Below the pieces are notes generated by a model, which did not search any database, had not been told where the DNA came from, and was given only the letters and a program-made list of their open reading frames with translations. A stretch of DNA of 62,985 nt, counting the filler, from Phoronis australis (Eukaryota; Animalia; Phoronida), in the NCBI GenBank assembly GCA_002633005.1. It is 5 parts of 5 records of this genome, joined end to end, with 100 filler letters (N's around TTAATTAATTAA, not from the genome) between each part and the next. Parts side by side here need not be neighbours in the genome. Positions count along the whole stretch, not along the records: positions 43,678 to 52,733 come from NMRA01001853.1; positions 52,834 to 57,269 come from NMRA01002589.1; positions 57,370 to 62,985 come from NMRA01002300.1; 2 more parts are not named here. One strand, given 5' to 3'. A program made the translations under genes and the position numbers. Positions 50,732-62,985 of this stretch are shown here, one piece after another (the stretch's first letter is position 1; the number at the start of each line of letters is the position of its first letter).

Positions 50732-52733
50732 GTACACCGTAAATCAGAGAACTAAAAAATTTGGATTTCTAATTTCGACGGGAGAAGGTGAGTGACAGTT
50801 CCGCGGACAACCAAGTTTGAGAAGATGGCTTCCGTAGATTTCCCAAACGACAAATACTCGGTGACTGACTAAAGATGAGATTTCCATAATTTTGGACAGT
50901 GGGTGTGCGTTCATAACGGTAAAATGATTTCATTTTCTGCTTCAACACCAACCTGAGAAAGGATGTCACGTGGCAGCCATAAACAAAAGCCTCGGAAGAC
51001 ATCTACAAATTTTTAAGCGCAAGTGCTTCATCGCCTTGGAAACATGTTTACAGTTTCATGGAAACTGGTGCAAGGGTTAAATTTCCCCGTTTTATCAAGA
51101 TGTTTGTTTACCTTCGAATTCCAGGGTTGGTTTTCCTAAAAACCGCAGAGTTGTTCGTTTATAGAAATCGTTATCATAAACTAACATTATCGTTTAGCTA
51201 GACGTGCGCGACTTGACAAATGCTTGAAAGCCGGGTGACAACGATCAAAAATATTGTGACGTTTCGACATGATAACGGACTACCTGTCAACACATCGTCA
51301 GGAGATAGCGCACGGAGACAAAAACAAGCGACATTTTGGGAGTGTTATTAACGAACTAGGTGACAGTGTCTTCCTAACACTGTAGGAGAGGTTATCAGTC
51401 TAAACCTTGACAAATGACTTTTTCAAAAAAATATAGCTTCATCTTAGTGCAATTACATTAGAATTACTCCAGCTCAGTCAGAAGTTAGAATCTATTCGGC
51501 AGTCCGTATAATACTCTTGACAAAGAGCGCATCGCTAGAAACGTGGGGATCATTTTAATACATTTTAGTACCGACGCTCCTCATTTTATTTTTACTATTA
51601 CTATTCTATATTCTTATCCGACGGTAACTGCACGGCATTCCAGCATCTATTTGATTCATTTGCAAATAAGAATTTAGCGTAGACTTTGAAGTTCCGTCTT
51701 CGAGGATACAGAGGTACATTGTGAAACTGTTACCACGGGCAACTGACTGAGCGTCAGTTTTTATGCAATTTGATGTGGTAATTGTTTACTCGTTAATAAC
51801 GTAATTTGTTCATTCCGCCATGGCACATACTGTACGATTCAAAAAACGTATTCTAAAAGAGGAATGTCAAACGAAGTGGACAATAGATGCTAAAGTTTAC
51901 AGGTATGTATTAGACGATGTGGACCAGCTTGAACTATAACAGCTCTCTGTAAATGGTAGGACAATTGCATTGATACACATACTGCCTTCGATGTAAAAAT
52001 GGAGAATAGGAGCGAATTTATTTTAGAAAATACAAATGCAATACATATTAACAATGGCAGAGACATTAATAGGCACATCGTATGACACGGGAGATAACTT
52101 GTTCCTTTGTCATCACATTTCAGGTGAAGAATGGAATTGTTATCTAACAAATCACGAACATGGGGTCAGTGACCTGGAAATCTCATTGAGAATTAAACTT
52201 TGCTTTTATTTATAATGGCTCACAACTGAACGAGTCTCCAATCAGGACGTTTCAGTGGAATGTAGTTCTTTCATTGACGGCATCATTGAAACATCGCAAC
52301 AACGCTCATTAACTTATTTCGCCTAATTTTTAACCCCGGGCGGAAAACGAGATAATGCGAGATCAATGGGCTTACACTAGGTAAACCATTTATGCTACTG
52401 CTGTAGCTTCAAGTATTTAAAAGCTATGATTTTGAAATGTAAATAATGTAGAAAATTGACATTTTTGCCAGAGACGTATGAACATATGCATTTTACCGCG
52501 TCTGACTAGAACGATAGCTAACGTTTCTGGAATGAATTTCCGAATTTGTGAAAAGAAATAACCTGAACTTTTTGAAACATGTCACTGGTAATATTTTACA
52601 GTTTTAACAACTAACTTGAACAAGGACACAACGACTGGCCGAGGGACAAAGACATGACATGACCCACGCACTTGACAGACCTTATAAAACCAAACCGTGC
52701 TCTTGAAGATGGAGACCTTTGTTTTGTTTACAG

Positions 52734-52833
52734 NNNNNNNNNNNNNNNNNNNNNNNNNNNNNNNNNNNNNNNNNNNNTTAATTAATTAANNNNNNNNNNN
52801 NNNNNNNNNNNNNNNNNNNNNNNNNNNNNNNNN
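52734..52833. other. Artificial contig spacer
   Basis: Same 100-nt N44-TTAATTAATTAA-N44. Confidence 0.97.
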
Positions 52834-52933
52834 TTACTACATGCATTCTACCACAAATTCAATCAGTATCCTATTTAACTTTTTCATGTCTATATCATGC
52901 ATGTTAATGCCTATGCTGACGTATACTTAGTCA

Positions 52934-56649
<3,716 letters not shown>

Positions 56650-57269
56650 CTAAAAAGAAACACAAAGGTTGATAATGCCAGAACTGCAGCAGATGAAGAA
56701 AGCATAATCAAAAACAATGTTCTGGTCATTAGTGTACAGCAAATGCCTATCAATTAACAAGCACATTCATGGTATCCGACAATTAAACACCTCACACAAA
56801 CATAACCGGCCTTAAAGTTATGTAAGTCTGTATATTAACTAAAGGCAAATAATTAAAACTAACAGATTTTTAACTTGCCAAAATTGCCCTTTTTCATTTT
56901 CAAAGGCCTTTGACATTGTTGTATATGCCATAAATTTTTAATATATTGTCTGATGGTGCTGTGATACAAAATTTGAACATGAAATAACATTGACTTGGTG
57001 CTACTCATCCTTTACGTAAAAAGAGAAAATGAAATTTTACTTGTCTGCCACATTGTGTCCTTAATTAGTGATCAATCAAATCGCACTTTAAAACCAAAAT
57101 CAAGATCTCAGCACTAGTGATTGTATGAAGGTGTACTTGAAAGTTATAAGATGAGTAGTGGGATTTTCTACGTCAAGAGAGTTTCTGTGGGATGCATTTG
57201 AAGATAAAATCATTATGCACAAACGCAATTTCTAAGAAACAACACAAAATAAACAACAACAAAATTTCA

Positions 57270-57369
57270 NNNNNNNNNNNNNNNNNNNNNNNNNNNNNNN
57301 NNNNNNNNNNNNNTTAATTAATTAANNNNNNNNNNNNNNNNNNNNNNNNNNNNNNNNNNNNNNNNNNNN
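57270..57369. other. Artificial contig spacer
   Basis: Same 100-nt N44-TTAATTAATTAA-N44. Confidence 0.97.
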
Positions 57370-57653
57370 AACGAGTGGAAACGCCTTGACAACTCGACTC
57401 GTAGAATCTTGTCTCAAGCAATAACTGACAGTTTGTGCTATTCCCACAGCTGTTTTGACCAAGCAACATTTTCAAACCATGGTCTAAATTAAAAGTTAGT
57501 TTTTGTGACGGAAGAAAGATTTATACGCTCTTAAATGTCTGGGTTCAGAATGTAGATTACTCAGTTTGAACAATTCATTTGTTCGGAAAGGGCTATTCAT
57601 TGCCATCCCTGTCACAGGCAGTGTTTTTATTTTGTAAGAGTAACGTCGATCCA

Positions 57654-59470
57654 ATGCCACAACGGAAAGTATTCGAGGAAAAGCAAAGCCCACAGTGTGT
57701 GTTTACAGCACCGTTTTCTCGAAACATTGACCGCCGAGTATTAGAGAACCTAAAAGTACGTTGCGAATCGGAGAATGAACATGAACCACACTTCCGGCCT
57801 CACGCTACCATGCATATTCTTGGTTTTATTTACAAGAAGTGTCCTGAAAGTCCACGAAGTCTTAAAGGGAGATCCGAACAACATTAACGCCCTCCTGAAT
57901 TTGAAGCATTTGAGTCAGACCACTGCTGAGCGTAGCTCTTATGAAGTGAAACTGGACAAGATTTACAATGAAGAGAGGTTGCAAAAGACTTGTATGGCGA
58001 GATATTTGTATGAGACTGCCGTCTTTATGCTTTTGCGGGAAGAGCCGTTTTTCGAAAAAACGCACAAAAGGGTCATAGAAAACTTGAAAACTGCAATTCA
58101 GTTAGGTGAAGAATGTTGTGTGGAAGGTCACGAACTTGTCGAGTGGAAGTTTATGTTAGGACGAGCTTATGTGCGCATCGACTCCGTCTACGGTAATCAA
58201 GAAAGTGTCGAGAGCGAATGGTTGAGACGGTGTTTGAACATCCTGTATGCAGTTGCCGTTCATGAAATTGACTCTCTTCGTTTGTCGGACAGCAATAGCA
58301 AAAAAGAATTACACATTAAAGGCAAGGCGTGGGTGTATTTGGGTGCAATGCTAATGCGTCGTTATCCAGAAACTTTGAAGCTATCGCAATTTGTGGAGTT
58401 AGCACAAGATCACCATAAAGATTTCACTGCTTCGAAATGCTTTGATACTGCACACAGTATTGCACACAATCCGACTATATTACGAAGATTAGGTCAAGCC
58501 TACACTAAAATGAATGACCGTCGAGCATATGATTTTTTGGTTCAAGCAATTGCCGCGGAACCAACCGGGTACTCTTTTTGTCTTCGTGGTCAATGGTTTC
58601 TTAAAAACTACGAATCTGATAAAACAAGGAACGACTACTTACGTGAAGCCATTGTAGACTTTAAAAATGCCATTGCTGCCCACTGTGACCTGTTTGTACT
58701 GTACATGTCTCTCGCCAAAGCGTATGAATACAATTGCGAAATCGACAAAGCACTCGACGTGTTTGATAAGTGTGAAGAAACGTTTGAGGGTCCCCGCAGT
58801 GTCAAGTTGTACGAACTGTGGTCCGAGTTACTTAAGAAACATGGAAAACATGAAAAAGCTAAAGAAAAACATAAGCTCGCTGATGATATTAGACTGGGTA
58901 GAAATCCAAAAGTGTGCCGCGATGTTGGGGTTCTGTACTGCAAAGAGGATGACAGCGGAGTCGCCGATTTCATTGAAACGCTTGAGGATAAATCCCCGTA
59001 AGTGCATACTATCTAACTAGAGATACAAGACCTGAGAGCAAAGAAATAGAAGAGCTACTCAAAATGCAACGCATTTGTAAATATATCATCGTGTATTTAA
59101 CCAAAAATTTTAATGAGGACAGGGCCACCAATAGAGCACTGTTAAGAATTGTAAAGCAAGAGAAGACGATCAAAATTATACAACCATACCCCTTCTTGTT
59201 GAGGAGGTGAAAGTCCCTCAGTGCTTGAGCGATGTTCAATCAATTGAATACAACAAAGAGTCACATCCGTTCTGGCAGCGGCTTGCTCGGGCGTTTGGAA
59301 GCCACGATGAGGACCACCAGAGTTCTATTTTCGACAGGAGCTGGATTTATGACAACAGAAGAACATCGACCCATTCACTGCATTCGTGTGTTCTCGCTGT
59401 GGCATGCACTGTCACTGGAATATTTGTTGGGTTAGTCCTGTGTTGGTGCAGTTTTTTTTTTAAGAATTAG
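57654..59470 (+). pseudogene. Full TPR-TIR-transmembrane reading frame broken by three frameshifts (pseudogene or assembly indels)
   Basis: Starts MPQRK...CVFTAPF...HILGFIYKK. Shifts near 57845 into the 408-aa ORF; near 58995 into VSAYYLTRDTRPESKEIEELLKMQRICKYIIVYLTKNF; near 59135-59180 into TIPLLVEEVKVPQCLSDVQSIEY...FWQRLARAFG...VLAVACTVTGIFVGLVLCWCSFFFKN*. Confidence 0.72.
57775..59001 (+). CDS. Intronless TPR-repeat ORF (TTC22/IFIT-like), central part of a frameshifted TPR-TIR-TM gene
   Basis: 408-aa ORF with TPR helices (EVLKGDPNNINALLNL, AWVYLGAML, ILRRLGQAY, LYMSLAKAYEYNCEIDKALDVFDK), ending in a TIR beta-A-like RDVGVLYCKEDD...FIETLE. Confidence 0.8.
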   Translation: MNMNHTSGLTLPCIFLVLFTRSVLKVHEVLKGDPNNINALLNLKHLSQTTAERSSYEVKLDKIYNEERLQKTCMARYLYETAVFMLLREEPFFEKTHKRVIENLKTAIQLGEECCVEGHELVEWKFMLGRAYVRIDSVYGNQESVESEWLRRCLNILYAVAVHEIDSLRLSDSNSKKELHIKGKAWVYLGAMLMRRYPETLKLSQFVELAQDHHKDFTASKCFDTAHSIAHNPTILRRLGQAYTKMNDRRAYDFLVQAIAAEPTGYSFCLRGQWFLKNYESDKTRNDYLREAIVDFKNAIAAHCDLFVLYMSLAKAYEYNCEIDKALDVFDKCEETFEGPRSVKLYELWSELLKKHGKHEKAKEKHKLADDIRLGRNPKVCRDVGVLYCKEDDSGVADFIETLEDKSP

Positions 59471-62219
59471 TTACTGACTTTTGAAGGCTCGTTGAATTTT
59501 ACCAGCTGGGGATGGGCAACTTAGTTTTGGGGCACATTACGTTCAAATTTCATTCTGGATTGACGACGAGAACATACGATAGAAATCAAATTTTCTGGGC
59601 TGTGTTTAACAATGACATCCTCGTAATTCCAGTGTTACCACCATAATTATGGAAGACAGTACATTTACTATAATCATTTTCACTTTTACTCTTCTCCAAG
59701 ATGCTGTTACGAATTGTTTTCAAAATATTCCACTTTTGCATCGGAAGATATCAAAAAGTAGGACTTCTAAGACCCACAAAAACTCATAAGTTGCATGAAA
59801 CGAAAAAATGGTACTTTAGAAAGATCTAACAGCGTTTTTGAGACTTTATTCAGTTGACCATTGAATAAAACGAAATTTGGTCAGGTCACGTGACGCATAC
59901 CGTTGTTTGCTATTTGCTAAGTTTTACTGAACAGACATAGTCACGTGACCCAATTACTGTCTGATTGATTGATAAATAAGTCTACTTTTATAAAATACGA
60001 GTTTTGCTGAGTTGAAATTTATGACCTCGGTACATATTTTTCTTAATACACAGACTTTTCGATAAGGTTGTACGTGATCTTAATTCAGAAATCTATTACC
60101 TACCGTGACGAATGCGCTAGACATTAGAATGAGATTTCGAAAAAAATCAAAACTGTAAATTCCCTTCTGTCAAAAAGCAATTTTATTTGTAGTTCATCGG
60201 TTCATCGCACGAACATGTCTCGGCTTATTCCTTATTCAGCATCGAAGTGAAATCACTGACATAACTGACAAAACGATTTGAGACCAGTATAACGGGATGA
60301 GATTTCTAAGAAAAGTTACTTGAGCCGTGTTACTCATTTCTCCGTACTGTTTGGTAAATAGCAGGAAAATGAAGCTCAACCAGACGCAAGATTTCGTCGA
60401 TATTTCAGTGTATTATGACCAAGCGATGCCATCTGAGCGACACGTATCCCTATGCAAATACCCAGGACTTTACTTCGGGTGTCGACGAACAGTAATAGTT
60501 TCCCTTGGATAACTAGTATTAAGCATTTTACGTATTTGAGATAGCAACAATTAAATATTAAATATTAAAATCCCTTCTTCAACTATATGACTAAACACAG
60601 ATGCGAAAGTGAAACCAGTTTCATTGTGAACATTGAGCACTGAACGCACGTAGACAAACAGGTCAGCGATCAGTCGATCCGGGAGAACAAACCAGAGTAA
60701 ACACAGGGCGTCGAGTGGACCTCATCTGTTTCGCGCGACCTACAGTTGTACATGTGGTGATTGATCAGGTAAGGTATAGCCAAAAGGTTATCACGTTGAA
60801 CAGTAATGATGTTACATTTCTCTCTCGTCATAGCAACGTTTAGGGAAAGTCCCGACATGATTGCTTGAACTGTTATACCGTGTGGCCGACAGGGTGTGTT
60901 ATTCTCAGTCGCCTATGTATCACGGTCGGCATTTTGTGGAGTAGTGCGACAATCCCAAACGCATTTAGCTACAATCATCATGCAATCTGAACATGGGACG
61001 GGGCATTTTTGTAGAAACGAACCTCTGAAATAAGATGTAAGACTAACTAGTAGAGCCTATGCGTCATCGTCGGATACTGAACTTTTATCGGACTACACCG
61101 AACTTGGGCAAAGTAAAGTAGGCTACTAGTGGCGTGATTTACAATATTATGACAGAGACGTGTTCGCATAAGCGTGGAAATCTTCTTCACCGAATACGAA
61201 TCGGTCGGTTTTATTCCCACAAAATGGCGGGCCTCAGTGAGTGATTATTCACCTCTTTCACGAACGCGGGGCGCTGCTGTCGTGTTGATCGAAAACGAGG
61301 CACCTTGACAAACATGGCATCGTCCTGCAAGGTGTTGTGGTCAAAAGACTTATCAACGTTACCAAAAATCAAGTTGTCGGATGTTGAATCGATCTCTAAA
61401 AAACATACCAATACTTACGGCAACTAGACTTTTACCCTCCTCAGCCATTCCTGAGTAGTTTTCCCTCTTTTGAAAAAGTGTGGAAGTCAGGGATATACCC
61501 AGGCTTTTAGTCTTGAAAAACCCTGCTCGCCAGCTGGGCGAATGCCGGAGCCCGAAAATCTACTCGCCAAGCCCGAAGTTCGGTCACCCGGCCGTTGGCG
61601 CCAGTCACCACAAGCTTGCTGCTAATTTAAATAAAAATCATCGTTTCGTGCACTGATGTCACCATTAGGGCTACCGTGCACAGCTGTCAATGTTTTCTCG
61701 CACGCATGTGGAAAATTGTCAAGTGCAGTTCCTCGGTTCATGTACAATCTTGGCGGTATCGCAATAACTATGGTGACTGTAGAGCTTCATCGCGTTTTGG
61801 AAAATCCTGTTATGAAAATGTGTTCGATTCAGTCTTGTACGGTGACGGAGACGAGTTTATTCATTGGCATGTTAAATCAATAACTCTTCGCCCATCAGTG
61901 TGACCCAGTTCAAGATAAGCAATAAAGCCGTGACGTTGCAATGTATACGGTCTGTCACAACTCACGGATCGACATACAATGCGTAGCTGAGTACTGTTAT
62001 AACTTATACCGTACGAGAGAGAAAAGACAATGTCCTAAAGAAGGATACGACCAGGAAAAGATAGCATGTGAACGGAAAAACTCAACCAAACATAAGCATT
62101 TTAATTAGAACAAAGATTAACAATGTTGCTTTTTTGAACAATGATGTTTCATACTAGAATACAGCATTGAGAAAAGGGTGAACTGAAGTACCAACTCGAC
62201 ATAAGAACCGGCATCTAAG

Positions 62220-62525
62220 CTTACGGAGGCTGACCATAGCATTGGATGTGAAACATGGTACAAACAAGACTTGTATTTGTAAAGTTAGAGAACCCCAGCA
62301 ATCTTCTGAATGTATTGTGACATGAAATACAAAATTTGTTAAATGTAGTAGATTTAAACTTCCGCCATGAGTGGAGAGTAGGTATACAAAATAAAGTTAA
62401 GAGTTTAACTTTTGCTGCAGGAGAGCTACACAAGCCGGAAGGTTACGAATAAGTGCACAAACAGTTCACATCGTTGTCGCGAAATATCAGCTGATAAGTC
62501 ATTAATATAACTCAACTAAGGATAC
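62220..62525 (-). mobile_element. Degenerate LINE ORF2 fragment (post-RT region)
   Basis: Minus frames give DISRQRC...LIRN and SPAAKVKLLTLFC...W...FNKFCISCHNTFRRLLG, like the region after the RT domain in LINE ORF2; frameshifted. Confidence 0.6.
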
Positions 62526-62532
62526 TAATATA

Positions 62533-62691
62533 CCTGGCGTGCGTTCAGTAGACGCTAGGACCTACGCTAGGACCTAGCTAAAACCTAGTCAAAGTTACGT
62601 GCTCTCATTTAAAATGCACAGCAATATCTCACGTAATCTCGCCAAATCTTGCTTTTTAGCGAGGTCCTAGCGTTAGTGACAGGGAGGCTGG
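62533..62691 (-). mobile_element. ~160-bp MITE family, copy B
   Basis: Reverse complement of 17342-17500 (CCTGGCGTGCGTTCAGTAGACGCTAGGACCT...GCTTTTTAGCGAGGTCCTAGCGTT). Confidence 0.85.
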
Positions 62692-62985
62692 TTTATCACG
62701 CTATCAAGTAGTTTAAAAACCGGCAGTTCGCTCCAGACTGTAATATAATTCTAAAAAATTATTATCTCACATTTACTAGAGTTGTACTTTACGTCATGAG
62801 AGGCTTCATACGTCTCACAAGTCTGAATTAGTTTATTCAAAAAGCAACAGAAGGCACAAGTATAATACCATCAGCATACATCAGGTGATCAATTTTAACA
62901 TCAGAGATTATGCATACAACAGACAGAGAGTTCAATAACTGACGCTCAAAACATAAACAGTAAATAGATAAGAGGAGAGGATACC

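Noticed and set aside
51255-51305. Second hammerhead on the minus strand (CTGACGA...GAAACGTC)
   Set aside because: Stems I and II do not pair convincingly; at best a decayed remnant.
58985-59025. Programmed -1 frameshift, or a 23-nt intron GTAAGT...CTAACTAG, joining TPR to TIR
   Set aside because: There is no X XXY YYZ slippery heptamer, 23 nt is too short for a typical animal intron, and splicing would remove the TIR beta-B strand.

Overview
AT-rich, intron- and MITE-rich animal DNA, probably a marine invertebrate (inference). Five contigs are joined by 100-nt N44-TTAATTAATTAA-N44 spacers, so adjacency across the gaps is not reliable. Contig 1 (1-17206): a Penelope-like retroelement end with a minimal hammerhead ribozyme, the last five exons of an M1 aminopeptidase, and a housekeeping-type promoter/ATG. 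Contig 2 (17307-43577): a divergent Ufd2/UBE4-like gene of at least 23 exons. No U-box follows its core; a segment resembling the pre-UBC helix of BIRC6 does. Two EF-hand/UBA-like exons lie upstream, and a Helentron-type element with ten CTCF-like motifs at about 150-bp spacing sits in between. Contig 3: the LIM2 exon of Lhx2/9 (apterous). Contig 4: six exons of a KIF2/kinesin-13 gene. Contig 5: an intronless TTC22/IFIT-like TPR gene that continues across three frameshifts into a TIR domain and a C-terminal membrane anchor, which the ORF track hides. All calls come from manual translation and recalled family motifs; no searches were run.
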